From: Chiloscyllium plagiosum
Lineage: Eukaryota
Direction of reading: 5' to 3'
Assembly: GCF_004010195.1 (NCBI RefSeq)
Contig: NC_057757.1
Span: 1,277,969 to 1,341,968, forward strand
DNA length: 64,000 nt
Shown: positions 24,733-38,248 of the stretch, in pieces
Numbering within the stretch: the first letter of the stretch is position 1
Layout: each line of letters opens with the position of its first letter
Notes under the pieces: generated by a model
The model's database searches: none
What the model saw: only the letters and a program-made list of their open reading frames with translations
Told to the model about the DNA's origin: nothing
Program-made: the position numbers and the translations under genes

Positions 24733-24738
24733 AATAAA
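24733..24738 (+). terminator. Probable ZNHIT1 polyadenylation signal
   Basis: AATAAA ~200 nt after the stop, preceded by a U-rich tract and followed by ttgtgtg. Confidence 0.65.
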
Positions 24739-25317
24739 AAAAAAACTTGTGTGATATTGCCCTGAAGGCTTCACAGTACAACTTCCGTCCGAAATTGCAG
24801 GAGCTGACTGGGGTTTGGTTTCATATCAAGACCTGTGACCCTGGGCAGGGTCTGAGATGAGAGCCCTGCAATATTTGGCCAGACCGAACCAAGCTAACTC
24901 TTTTGGAAATAGCTGATCACTTGATGGATGCACCATGGACTGACCGTAATGGTGATAAAAGTTGATACAGTCTCAACTGATGAGTTTGGACACTTTGGTG
25001 CCTGTTTAAATAGTTCTACAACTTTGTCACTGTCTCCAGTTGTAAACTTCCTGTATAATTGTTTGTCTTTCACCTATGACAGTGGGTCTCACTTATGTTA
25101 ACACCCTACACTCTTGCATCTTTTATACTTATTTAATTTTGAAGAAATTTATTTCCTGTCTTGGTATGAACTCATTTGACTTTGTGAGGTCTTGGTCTGC
25201 TTTCCTCTGTGCTCCTCCATACTTTAACCAGGTTAGTGGGAAGCTTAATCTGCTTGATTACCAGAGTGAAGCCTGCCGGAATAAAGTTTATCAGACCTTC
25301 AATGTACAGTTAAGTGT

Positions 25318-26625
25318 GTTTCTTTTATTCATTTGCAGGATGCGGGTGTCATTGGCTCGGTCAGCATGTCTTGCCCATCTTCTTGAGAAGCTGGTAGCAA
25401 GTTACTGCCCTGGATTACTGCAGTCAGTGTGGCTTAGCAGCGCTGTTAGGAAGGTAATTCCAAAACTTTGACCCAGCAAGGTATAGTTCTGAATCAGGGT
25501 GGGGAGTGAGTTGGAGAGGAGCTTCAATGGGTGGTGTTCCCGCGTATCTGCTGCCCACGTCCTTCCAGGCTGGAGAGTTCGCGGGTTTGGAAAGCACAAT
25601 TGATGGATCTTTAGTGAGTTGTTGCAGTGCATCTTTGAGAGAGTACATGCTGTTGTCACTGCATCGATAGGAAAGGGAGTGAACGTTGGAGTTGGTGGAT
25701 GGGATGCTAAACATGGAGGCAGCCTTGTCCTGGATGGTGTGAATGTTTTTGATTTGTTTTCAGAGCTGCATTCATCCAGGTAAGTGAAGAGTATCCTGTC
25801 GCAGTTCTGATTTGTGCCTTGTTGTTGGCGAAGGTGTCTGGGGAGATGCATGGTCAGTTACTCGTTGCAAGAACCCCAGCCTCTGGTGTACGCTTGTCAC
25901 CACCGTATTTATACAGCTTGTCCAGCTTAATTTCTGGTCAGTAATTAGGCAGTGCCAGTAAATATCAAAGAATGATGATTAGATTTTCTCTTATTGGATA
26001 TGGCCTTTGCTTGGCATTTGTGTGATGTGAATGTTTCTTGTCATCTGAGAAGTTTCAAACTGTATTGAAGATTATGCAATCATCAGCGAATATCCCCCAT
26101 TTCTAACCTTATGATGGGGGCAAGGTCACTGATGGGTCAGCTGAAGGTGGCTGGACTAGGACACTGTCCGGAGAACTGCAGACATGTACTGGAGCTGAAA
26201 TTATTTAACTTCAATGACCGCAACTAACATCATTTGTGACTCCAACCAGTGGCAAGTTTTTCCCCATCGCTCCCAATGACTGTGGTTTTTTGTTTTGCTA
26301 GGGCTTTTTGATGTGTGAAGTGCTGTCTTGATGTCAAGCTTGTGTAATGAGTTCAGGAAATGAGCTGCACTGAACCCAAGCCACGTGTCCGTGAGCAGGT
26401 TGTTAGTCGACAAGTACCATTGAATAGCACTGTCATGGATGGAGGGTAGACTGATAGAGCGGTAATTGGGTTGGGTTTGTGTATAGGAAATATCTGGACA
26501 ATTTTTCACATTGTCTCACAGTTGCCAATACTGTGTCTGTACTGGAACAGCTTGGCTGGGGACGTGGCGAGATTTTGAGCGAAATCTTCAGAACTGTTGT
26601 CAGGGCCTGTCTGGGATCGGTTGCA
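25318..26625 (-). mobile_element. Old degenerate LINE, same family as 9380-11275
   Basis: Reverse-complement similarity to 9380-11275, including the 3' end. Confidence 0.6.
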
Positions 26626-27739
26626 TTCAGTGTAAACTTACTAATGTGTGTACAGGTTCTTTGGAGTTGAGTGTCCTTCACAATTTCAATATCCCCAACA
26701 CTTTTTGGATAGTTTATTTTTGAACTTTTGGATGCTCGTCGCTGTGTAGGAAATATTCAGTTGATTTGTGTGGAGTATCAGATGTTGAGATGAAATTATT
26801 AAATCAACTTGTTATACAGACAGTAGCTGTGGGACCAATTGCAGTTGGATCACTCCAACAGAGGTGGAAGTTAGGGCTATAATATCTTATTGGAAAGCAA
26901 ATTGACTGCTGTCTGTCTTATGCAAAATGGGGAAGACTAAAGCATGGGGGTCCAGGATTGGGTAAATGGGAGCCCTTTGGAGTTGTGTTGGATACAAACA
27001 GCAGTACCTGCTGAACTGGGAGCAGTAGGGAAGGCAAAGTTAATCCTAGGGAGTCAGACCTTGCTGCAGGGACAGCACAGCAGTAAAAGTATATCGGCCT
27101 ACATTGCACAGTCAAATTTGGAGTTGGACTCCAACCTTGACATTCTGATTTGGGCAGACCAGTTTACCTGATTCCCAACCAAATTGGTCACTTACTATTA
27201 GGGCATATGTCTGCTCGGTCATTACAGCAATGAACTCTATGGAAGAACAGTTCATCTATTTATTAATATAGATAGAATAGATTTATTTAAAAGTGCACAA
27301 TTATTTGCATCATGACAATATACATTCACTTTACATGCTTAATATGCAATGTCTTGACTGAATACTTTAAAAGAAGAGGCAATATCTGATGTGGGTATCA
27401 GTGGGATTTCACTGGCAGGACTCCTGCATTCCAATGTGAAGATGTTGAACATAGAGATCCTATCTTAGAATTACACAATGGTCATAGCACACAAGGAGGT
27501 TATTGAGTCCATGTGCCGTTTTGAAAGTCATGGTTGAATCTGTCTCTACTGCCTTCTATATGCATTTCAGATCCTGACCACCTGCTGAATTTAGTTTCTT
27601 TGTCAATCACCTTAATCCTGTCTTCTGGTTCTTGACCCTTCCACCAAAGGGAACAATTTCTCTGTTTATTCTGGCCTGCCTTTGGAGAATTTGGGATTGT
27701 CCTTAATCTATTCATCTACCTATGGTTATTCATTCCTTT

Positions 27740-29965
27740 CGAGAGTGTGGTGCTGGAAAAGCGCAGCAGGTCAGGCAGCATCCGAAGAGCAGGAGAATCA
27801 ACATTTGAGTCGTTTGCCAGAGATGGACGTGGAGAGGTCCAGGAAGGGGAGGTATCCGATTTGGTCCAGGTGGTCAGAGTAGAAGGTGTTCTTGAAGGTG
27901 ATGAACTGTTCAACCTCCTCATGAGAGCATGAGGTGGCGCTGATAGTCATCAATGTAGTGGAGGAAACGGTGGGGGATGGTGCTGGTGTAACTGCGGAAG
28001 ATGGACTGTTCCACGTATCCGATGAAGAGGCAGGCATAGCTGGGGCCCATGGCTGTCCCTTTGGTCTGAAGGAAGTGGGAGGATTTGAAGGAGAAGTTGT
28101 TGAGGGTGTGAACCAGTTCTACCAATTGAATGAGTGTGTTGGTGGAGGATACTGGTTGTGTTGGCGTGAGAGGAAGAAACCGAGGTCTTGGAGGCCTTCA
28201 CCATGGTGCATGGATGTGTATAGGGACTGGATATCCTTGGTGAAGATGAGGCGTTGGGTACTGGGAAATGCAAGTCATGGAGGAGGTGGAGTGCGTGGAT
28301 CGTGTCCCGAATGTATGTGGGGAGTTCCTGGACCAAGGGGGAACAGAATGGTGTCAAGATATGAGGGGACAAGTTCAGTGGGGCAGGAGCAGACTGAGAC
28401 AATGGTTCACCCTGGGCAGTCAGGTTTTTGAATTTTGGGTAAGAGGTAGGTCCGGGCCATGCGGAGTTCCCAGACAGTGAGGATGGAGGCTGTGGATGTG
28501 GATGGTCTGGGAGATGATGGTTTAGTGATGGGAGGTGAGGCTGTAGTCGAGTGGGCAACAGGAGGCAGTGTCCGTGAGTTGGCACCAGGCTTCAGCAGTG
28601 TAGAGGTTGGTGTGCCAAACTAGCACTGCGCTTCCCCGCAGGTGAGGTTGGGGTTGGAGCAGAGGGAGTGGAGGGCTGTGTTTTGGGTGGGGGGGTCAGA
28701 GGTTGAAGTGGGTGAGAGGGCTGGACAGGTTGAGGCAGTCAGTGTCATGGTGGCAGTTGGAGACAAAGAGGTTGAGGGCAGGTACCAGACCAGCACAGCG
28801 CACGGTGTCCAAATGGATGGATTGTTAGAGGTGGGGGGGAAGGGTCCTCTGGGTGGGGGTCCCAATTGAAAAAGGAAGCACAGTGACAGTGTAGAAGTTT
28901 GATGTTGCAACGTGTGTGAAATTTGTTGACCCGGGGACGTAGTGGGATAAAGGTGAGACCTTTTACTGAGGACTGATCGTTTATCTTCAGTGAGGGGGAA
29001 GTCGGTTAAAAACTCGGCAGGGCTGGGGGAAAGGGTAGAGCTGGAGTTAGGAATGGAGGTGGAGATTGTGTGTCTCTGGAGTAGGTGTGGTCATGGGAGG
29101 AAGTAACGTGAACAGCAACGGTGTGTTCAGTGGCACCCGCAGGGGCTGAAGGGACGTTCTGTGTGGTGTTCGCAGGAGAGGTGCCTGTGGACGCGACCTG
29201 GTTGGTGGGGCTGAGGTGAGTGGCAGTGTGGGTGAGGCAGAAATGGTGCAGTCGGCAGCAACCACTGGGCGGGGGAGGTGCGGGGGTCACATGCTCATTG
29301 TCGGTGTACCAGTGACTGTGGGTTGGAAGTGATGTAGAGGGCAGTATTCATGGAGGTTTTGGCGACAGTGGGTCTGGTGGTGATCATAGAGGTTGTAGGG
29401 TCGGTAGTGGCTGCGGTCCGTGGGATGGCGGGGGGGGGGGGGGTAAAGTGATGTCGTCATTAACAGCAGTAGCAGTGGCTGTAGCGGCCGTGTGGGAATG
29501 GCCTCTGACCTGTTCCGGAGGCCAGGGTAACAGTCTGGAGTAGTCGAGGAATCCCAAGTTTGGAAGGGAGTACTTGAGAGTTTGGTGTACTTGTGTTCCT
29601 TAATGTTCGATAAGCTGGAGAGAAAGCATTTGCTGTGTGTGGATCCTTCTCGGGATGAGGAATAGCAGAGGTCCTCGGAAGGTCTGGGAGACTGTGGCCC
29701 TGAGCTGGGGCAGGGCTGACTGCAGGGAGAGTAGGTGCCGGCGCATGGCTGCGAGGGTGGAGCAGAGGATCCGAAGGGAGAACCATGTATTTGTTTGCCC
29801 TGATCAGGTCCAAATTGTGATGGTCTGAATGTAGTCCGGAGTCCGTGCGGGTTCAGTTGGTTGTGCAGGTATTGAGGAGGAAGATGTGGCTGCAGTAGCG
29901 GGTCTGCTTCAGGACGTAGTTGAAGAACTTCAGGGCGGAGGAAACGACCTGGGATCGTTGGACCA
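27740..29965 (-). mobile_element. Penelope-like element (N-terminal region plus RT, disrupted)
   Basis: LNNFSFKSSHFLQTKGTAMGPSYACLFIGYVE..FLHYIDD, LPFLDL; terminal repeat at 27740-27806. Confidence 0.88.
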
Positions 29966-30629
29966 GAATGCATGGATGTGATTCCATTTTCAGTCGCACA
30001 TTGTCCGTATTTCCATCACAAACTCCACTGTCCTTGTTTAAATCTGTCATAATGTCATCACAGTAGCAACATTAAAGAACCCCAAAACACATCAGACACT
30101 GCCTCTTACAAAAAAACAGACAAAAAACACTTAAATAAATAATTGTACAATATATATCTTGGAGCAATGTGTCTTTCACAGGGAAGTTTGAGGAACAGTC
30201 AGTTTCAATTCAGTGGTATAATAGGGTGTCAGCAGGGATCCATAGATGTACCGGTTCTATTGCATCCATCCACAAGTTAACTTTGCACAACTCCAGTGAG
30301 TGAAGGTGGTATATGTACCTAGAATGATTTTGCTGTAATATGTGGGAGGGGTAGTCTTTCTTGATTGTGGTTTTTGATTGCAGGTGGGGGGGCAACAATC
30401 TGATTCTTAAAGGACCTGCAATTCCCCATTCCGTCCTCCAACTGAGACGGTTCGTTTCGGAAATGAATGTTTATCAATGTATTCGAACAAGGGATCACCC
30501 GTTTAAAGGCAGATGAGGAGTTTTTTGAGGTTAGTGAATATGTGTAATTCTTCACCACAGAGAACTGTCGAGGTTGGGTCATTGAGAATATTCAATGCTA
30601 AGATAGACATTTTTTAAAATAAAATTTTT

Positions 30630-30930
30630 GGGGTGGCATAGTGGCTCCGTGGTTAGCAGTGCTGCCTCACAGCGCCAGGTACCCGGGTTCGATTCTAGCC
30701 TCGCGTGACTGTTCTGTGTGGAGTTTGCGCATTCTCCCTGTGTCTGCGAGGGTTTACTCCCACAGTCCAAAGATGTGCATGTCAGGTGAAGTGGCCATGC
30801 CCATAGTATTAGGTGCATTAGTCAGGAGTGAATATAGGGTAGGGGAATGGGTCTGGGTGGGTTACTCTTTGGAGGGTCGGTGTTGTCTTGTTGGGCCAAA
30901 TGGCCTGTTTCCATACTCCACGGAATCTAG
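30630..30930 (+). mobile_element. HE1/V-SINE
   Basis: A/B boxes and V-domain-like core as at 9699. Confidence 0.85.
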
Positions 30931-32148
30931 TTTAATCAGTAAGGCAATCGAAGGTTGTAGAAACAAGATAGAAAAATGGAGTTGAGATTAGCAGATTGAT
31001 CATAATCTCATTGAATAGCAGTGCAAATTCAATGGGCTGAACGGTCTACTTCTGCTGCTATGAGTTATGGTCTTATTCCTCACTATCAGAGTGACGGGAA
31101 GATTCAAGGTTAGTATGGGAATCCCTTTCTCAACCCCAACTCTCTACAGGATCTCAGTTTTGTGAATCATCTGACAAGTGACACTCATTGTGGTGTGGTG
31201 CGGTGCAGCAGGATGTGAGCCTGCCTTATGAATTCACGCCTATGGATTGGGATTTGACTCCATAACGTTCTGATCCAGAGGTAGGAGTGCTATTGCCCAG
31301 TTTCTGGCAGGAAGTTTTACTTAAATACATTGGGGAAATAGTAAATGCTAGGAATAGAGTGTGAGACTTGATCAGTCAAGAAGATGAAGGAGCTCAGTTG
31401 AAATTGTCAATAAAAAAAAAACCTCTGTGTGGCTATACTACTAATGTCAAGTGCTGGGGAATGGAAAACTATCCCACTTCAAGTCAGGGTTGAGCAGATT
31501 ATTGGCTTGTTAAATGTTATTATTATGAACCACCATTAATTAAAATTTTTTCACTGTGATGCATCTCAGGGTTTTGTTTCACACTTTACGAATGCAAGTG
31601 ATAATTGTGGACATCCATTCCCAGTGTTCTGAAAACCAGTTTCAGCTATAATAATGCAGTACCGAGTGCTGAGGAGTCAGTTTAACTGATTGGGGGTGAT
31701 TCACTGGGTTAGTGGCTGTTCAGGCTGGAGTCTTGTCTGAGGTCATGTGGCCTAAAGTATTCTTGTAGGCCATTTAACAGAGCATGGATGTGGAGTGGAG
31801 GAGAGTTGATGGGGGTAAGGAGAGAACAGTAGAGGGGAATGGCGAGGAGGAAAATGAGAGCATGGCCAGGGGGGGTGGGTTATTGGGGGTGGAGGAGAGC
31901 AGAGGAGGAAAATGTCAGTGGAAATGACCAGTTGCAGTGTATAGAAAGGTTTATGCACGATGGTGAGATTTGCAAAACGGAAGTAAATCCTGTGAGCGGG
32001 CCTTGGAAAGGTGAGTGCCATTAGATGATACACACACTGGCAAAGTTTTATGGTGGGGCACAGAGGAGCATGTTAGGAACTAGACTGGGTGGCTGGTCAT
32101 TTTTGGGCTCCACTTTCTCCCTCATCACGCAACCTGAAGTGCAGGAGG

Positions 32149-32270
32149 TCACAGGTCAGCACAACGCTCCTGTCTGCTGTAATGGTCAAACTGATTCTTC
32201 CAATGCATCATGTAGGAGCTCCATCGATGGAATTCCATCTTCCACTGACGTTCAGCCTCATCGATGGTTC
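32149..32270 (-). CDS. ACHE: Acetylcholinesterase T terminal exon (WAT tetramerization peptide, 40 aa); AChE-T = 596 aa
   Basis: ccttccag | [40 protein letters not shown]; phase 1 matches the donor at 49005. Confidence 0.97.
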
Positions 32271-33155
32271 CTGGAAGGGAAGGAAGAGAAGTTGAGTCAG
32301 AATTTATCTGTTTAATGTAGGTGCTTTGCTGTAACATACCTCACACCCACCCACAGACTGACAGCTTAGTGGGTGGGTCTCATCTCTCAGGTCACTGGTT
32401 TGAGTCACAGCTGGAGCACATAAACAAAACGGCGTGTGGAGGGCAGAGGTTACATAAAAATTCATGGATATTTGATGAATTACAGACCAGAATCTTACTG
32501 AGGCATCTGGGTGATTTACATTATGTGTAAGTTGTAGTCTGGAATCTAATGAAAACATTATGCTGGTTGAGGTATAGACATAAAAATACTGCAGCCAATT
32601 TGCACAGCAAGATCCTGTAGATAAGACTAATTAGTCATTATTATATTATTTAAATTTGGCCAGTACACCTGAGGTGAACCCCCCTAACCTGAGAATAGTT
32701 GTCATGTGATCATGTCCACCAGTGAGGACCACTTCCTCACCAGAGCAGAAATGAATGCACTATGGTGATATTCTCAGGCAGATGTGTTGTTTGAACAGTT
32801 TATTTGACAAGGTGAGCACAGCAAATCAGCTGAATGACTCAAATCCCAATGTCCAGTTGGCTTTCCATTTTAACTAACTCTTCTCAATGGGCTAGGATGA
32901 AGACTGAAACTGGGGGAGGGTCCTTAAACATCAGTGTCAGACGATGCTCTGGAACTTCTGACTGTAGGTTTAGGCTTCTTCTAGGCCCTTCTCCAATGTG
33001 CACCCCCACCCCCACTACCCCAGACTCCCAGCTGTGCATGACCAGACTGGAGTACTGAAATTGCCCTATCCTTACCACCTCATTAATCCCTGCCTTGCCC
33101 TGCATCTGCACATAGATGTGGCTCTGTATTTGCTTCCAGGCTGTGTTAAATCTCA

Positions 33156-33344
33156 TGATTTGGAGATGCCGGTGTTGGACTGGGGTGTACAAAGTTAAAA
33201 ATCACACACCAGGTTACAGTCCAACAGGTTTAACTGGAAACACACTAGCTTTGTCAATCACCTGATGAAGGAGCGTCACTCCGAAAGCTAGTGTGCTTCC
33301 AATTAAACCTGTTGGACTATAACCTGGTATGTGATTTTTTTAAC
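33156..33344 (+). mobile_element. Penelope-terminus mini-element with partial inversion and 12-bp TSD
   Basis: TSD tgttaaatctca at 33144-33155 and 33345-33356; inverted arms. Confidence 0.82.
33259..33293 (+). ncRNA. Minimal type-I hammerhead ribozyme motif (CUA triplet)
   Basis: cac-CUGAUGA-A-GGAG-cguca-CUCC-GAAA-GCUA-gug: complete core, paired stems I and II, palindromic AGCU stem III. Confidence 0.7.
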
Positions 33345-33383
33345 TGTTAAATCTCAGAATTACTTCAGATTCAGTGTCAGTTG

Positions 33384-33925
33384 CCATTTGGATACAGATT
33401 TGGCTCAAACGTAGACGCTGGGTCCACTACTTTTCATCATATGCTCAAATCTAAATCATTTATGTAAAAGAGGTATAGTTAGTAAGTTTGCTGATGACAC
33501 CAAAATAGGAGGTGTAGTGGACAGCAAAGACTGTTACCTGGCATCTTGATCAGATGGGCCAATGGTCTGAGAAGTGGCAGATGGAGTTTAATTCAGATAA
33601 ATGTGAGGTGCTGCATTTTGGGAAAGCAAATCCTAGCAGAACTTATACACGTAATGGTAAGGTCCTGGGGAGTGTTGCTGAACAAACAGACTTAAGGGGC
33701 AACTTTTTCACGCAGAGGGTGGTACGTGTATGGAGTGAGCTGCCAGAGGAAATGGTGGAGGCTGGTACAATTGCAACATTTAAAATGCATCTGGATGGCT
33801 ATATGAAAAGGAAAGGTTTGGAGGGATATGGGCCGGGTGCTGGCAGGTGGGAATAGGTTGGGTTGGGATATCTGGTCGGCATGGACGGGTTGGACCGAAG
33901 GGTGCTGTACATCTCCAATGACTCT
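33384..33925 (+). mobile_element. CR1 LINE 3' fragment with internal deletions
   Basis: SKFADDTK, KWQMEFN..KCEVLHFG fused to FFTQRVV; CR1 tail. Confidence 0.88.
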
Positions 33926-35629
33926 AATTCTGTCCAGTCTGATGCATGATAATTTTCTAGATACCACCTCTTCCTTTCTCCCTCAGGTGGTTAAGGAAGC
34001 TTGTTCTCCTTTTACTGCCCAAGGCACAGAATGTAGGGTGTGAGGTTATGTTAGACCTATGGGGCTTTAGGCCATAACTACAGAACTCATTCACTTCTGG
34101 TTGCTACAAATCATAAAAGATATGGGCACACTGGCAGGTGTACAGTATAGATACGGCAGCGTTTCAGCAATGAGAAGAGATTAAGTGTGTTTTTGTTCGA
34201 ATAGAGGAAGAGTGAGTTGAAAATTAATTGAAGTGCATGAAATTAGGAAAGCTTGGATAGAGTGAACAGAAAGGACTAGATGTCCCAATTTGACTGGAAT
34301 GTCCCAGGTTTTTCATTAAATGTCCTGGTCTCCCTACAATTTCCTAAACTTTTGTGATTGTCCCGGTTGAGCATGGTTTGGTGGGGAGTGGAATAAATGT
34401 AAATGCTCTTCCTTCCTGAAAGTGCCTTGCATTGTACACAGTGTATCCCTCCCCACATTCCCCCTTCATGTCTCAGAGGGCTTATTACTACCTTTTCAGT
34501 GCTGAAGGCTCCTTGCTGATGGCACCTTTTAAATAATCTGGCTGCACAAATTCCAGAGGATGACCTTCTCCCTTCAAATGCCCCTCCCAGACCCTTGCTA
34601 CTGGCTGATCAAAATGTCAATCCTCACAGCCCTGCGCATTCCCAAGATTCTCCGATTGTCTGTAGATTTTGACTTTACAAAATCTGTTCACATTAGATAG
34701 AATTCATTTAGCAAAGAAGTGAATAAACCAAGGCCATGTATTTGGAGTACTTATATGAAGATGAGAAGAATAGTTTTCCCTGTGGTAGTGAGGGTCTGGG
34801 ACTCTCTGCTTGCAATTGTATTTGAGGCACAATTCTTTTATTTAAAATTTCCTGGATATGTACCTGAGGTGCAATCTTATAGGGCTTTGGACAAAGAATT
34901 GGAAACTGGGTCGAGCCCAAATGATCTTTGTGCTGTAAATGAGTGATTCCATCAACTACCCCATGAACAGTTTGATGTGTGGGAAAGGAAGATGCACGTT
35001 CATAACTTCAGGACTTCCTAAATCACTTTCCAGGAAGCATTGCGTTGTCTGGAGTCTCATTATGGTTATGATGTTGGCTCCAATTTGTATACAGCAAACT
35101 CCCACAGTAATGGTAATAACTAGATAATCTGTATCTTGAAGGATAAACATTGGCCTTAGCATACCTCTTTGAAATGCAGACCGTGGAAAAAATTATGCCA
35201 ACTTGAGAGGTTAGACATCTCACCAAAAGATGGCATCTTTTGACGATGCAACAGAGTCAGCACTTGAATGTCAGTTTAAATACTGTGCTCAGAGCTCTGG
35301 AATGGTCCCTATCCCTGAATTGGGAGACCCCAGGCTCAAGTTCCACCTGCTCCAGAGGTCCATAATGACACCTCCGAACAGGTTGATTAGGAAAACAGGT
35401 TAAAACATAAGCTTCTCACTCAGTTAGAAGCGTTAACTTTGAGGAGCATTACTCATCAACATTCAGCCCTATGGCAAGCCATGGTCAGGGTGTGTAGAGG
35501 ACATCAGAGATGACTCAATCTCTTGAAGCATTTGTGCATCCTCTCCAGCAGATATCAACAATTATCTCTAGTACTGTCAGTTCAAACTCACTCTAACCCC
35601 TAACAGAATTAAACATCTTTTTATGAATT

Positions 35630-35940
35630 AACAGGCCCTTCGTCCCAACAAGTCCATACCAACCCTCCAAAGAGTATCCCACTCAGACCCATTACCCTAC
35701 ATTTTCCCTTGATTAATGCACCTAATCTACACATCCCTGAATACCGGAGGCAATGTAGCATAGCCGACTCATCTGACCTGCACATCTTTGGACTGTGGGA
35801 GGAAACCAGAGCACCTGGAGGAAACCCACACAGACACTGGGAGAATGTGCAAACTCCACACAGTCACCCGACGTTGGAATTGAACCCAGGTCCCTGACGC
35901 TGTGAGACAGCAGTGCTAACCACTGAGCCACCGTTTCACC
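35630..35940 (-). mobile_element. HE1/V-SINE
   Basis: Reverse complement of the SINE consensus. Confidence 0.85.
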
Positions 35941-37615
35941 CCTCTATCTGATTTGTGTAGACCTGAAACACATTGGAAAATCTGTTGTATCCCTGCCCCA
36001 AGTTATATATAAAATTCCACATGAAACACTATTAAAGATGGAAAGACTGAACCCAGGATGTCAGTGTATAGGATTACCCAGAGGGTTTTCAGGCTCTTTT
36101 GTTTTATTGACAATGTTTACACATGCAGGAAATAGTTCACATTGTTGTACGTTCTTTTTATCAGAAAATCAAATCAAATGTTTATATAACATAGAAAATA
36201 ACTTGTACAATTGCATAACTCAAAATAAAGCAAAATGACATAGAAATTTTACCGTAGGAGAATGAAAATACAAATCATAGCGTAAGTAAAATAATTTTCT
36301 AACAAAGCGAGTGCTCCTTTATAAAAATCATACTGCATGAAAAGTATTTTGATGGTTTGAGGGTGCAGGGAAAGCTGCTGAAATTTTGATTAAAATATAA
36401 ATGAAACTTGAGAATGCCAGCTGTGAGAAAAACTAAGTGAAAGAAGGAGCAAGAGAATGAGAGAAACTGAATGCAAGAGAAAAACAACAAAGTGGTGCAG
36501 AGTGTGAGATGTGAAAGAGAGGGAGCAACAGGTTTTGGTACAGTGGATTGGTAGGAAGGGGGTGAGAGCAAACTCATAGAATCATAGCACAACAGCAACC
36601 ATCCAACCCTGTGAGCTATCCTAACACTTGTTAATTTGATTGTGTTCCCTTCATTCATTTTCACTTGTTACCCATTATCCTAACAGCTTCCTTGCTCTCT
36701 GTAACTTTGACAAAAGGCTGCCCCTTGGTAACCATTGATACAAAGTTCTTGGAGAACTGTAGCTATCAAGAGAAATCAAATCTAATGCTATTGTTGTCAA
36801 ATACTGATGTAACACTCTACATCACCTTTCTAGCCACCAGAATGAGTCCAGATGTTTTTATGCATTGACTTTTTTTCTCTCCCTTTACATTTATACCCAT
36901 ATGGCCTTACAGAATACAAGTAGTCTCTATGCAGTCTCTTTCTGATAAACTCCTACCAGAATTTTGGAGCACCACTGTGATCTAAATCTCTCTTTTGGTT
37001 AATGTATAATTCTGAGTAAGAAACTTAATAAGTACAGCAATTGAATCCCTCCCTTCAAAATAACATTGTAAAGTTCTGTACTTACAGAGAATGCCAGTAT
37101 TAAGAGAATACTGATTTAAACAGCATCTAAAACTGAACGGGAGTACATCAGGATGTAAGTGTAAGGGCTTGGATAATAAAGACTGGTTCTGCTCTCCTAC
37201 ACTTACATTGCTGCCTCTTCTGCCTTGAATAGGTCTGTGTTATCTGATCAAGAAGGTCAGTCTCTGTAAAACATCCAGCTCACGCCACCCCTTCCACCCA
37301 TGAGCAATGGTTCGGTATTCCCCCCTTCATCGCTGCGAGAGTTCATGGCACATAGCTACCTCAGCTTTGGGTTAGCTGCTGAATTGGTAGTGAGGGACTA
37401 GTCTTCCCAAGTCCCGCTTCCCAGGGCTGTGCTGTTAGCTTCAACATCTTACTGCTGGGTTGAGACAAACATAGCCTCAAACCTTTGTGCTTCGTTCATT
37501 GGGGGTCAACTTTTGATCCCCCACCATTGGTTTGAGACGTCCAATTGAATTTTTCTTCCCTGTAGTGATAAGAAATTCTGATGTGCCACTGTGCCACGCT
37601 AATTGATCCAGCCAT

Positions 37616-38014
37616 GGATGTAGGTTTGCTCGCTGAGCTGGAAGGTTAGTTTTCAGACGTTTTGTCACCATACTCGGAAACATCATTGAGTGTCCGGATG
37701 AAGCACTGGTGTTAGTGACCCGCTTTCTATTTATGTGTTTAGGTTTCCTTGGGTTGGTCATGTCATTTCCTGTTCTTTTTCTCAGAGGGTGGTAGATGGG
37801 GTCCAAGTGGCTGTGTTTGTTGATAGAGTTCCAGTTGGAATGCCAAGCTTCTAGGAATTCTCGTGCATGTCTCTGTTTGGCTTGTCCTAGGATTGATGTA
37901 TTGTCCCAGTCGAAGTGGTGTCCTTCCTCATCTGTATGAGAGGATACTAGTGAGAGTGGGTCATGTCTTTTTGTGGCTAGTTGATGAACACGTATCCTGG
38001 TGGCTAGTTTTCCA
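37616..38014 (-). mobile_element. Penelope-like element 3' fragment (GIY-YIG C-terminus), a second family
   Basis: RIRVHQLATKRHDPLSLVS.H..EGHHFDWDNTSILG..AREFLEAWHS..SINK; TSD gatccagccat at 37605-37615 and 38015-38025; decayed hammerhead core ~37655-37690. Confidence 0.85.
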
Positions 38015-38248
38015 GATCCAGCCATTTAAATTCCACTTCCGTACCTTGGTGGACAGTTTCACTTCTATCATGGCAACATTTCCATTGTTGTTTCAATGAC
38101 CTGACCTCAGCTGGGAAATTCTGAGTGCTGTTCGGTGAGGGGAGAGGTTTGTTAACACCTCTGGGAACGGTGTAGGAAATGGTTAGTCACCTCTCCACTA
38201 GATGTAGCTGGTTCCAGATCTGACAATTCCTTCAGGGATCATCACTTA

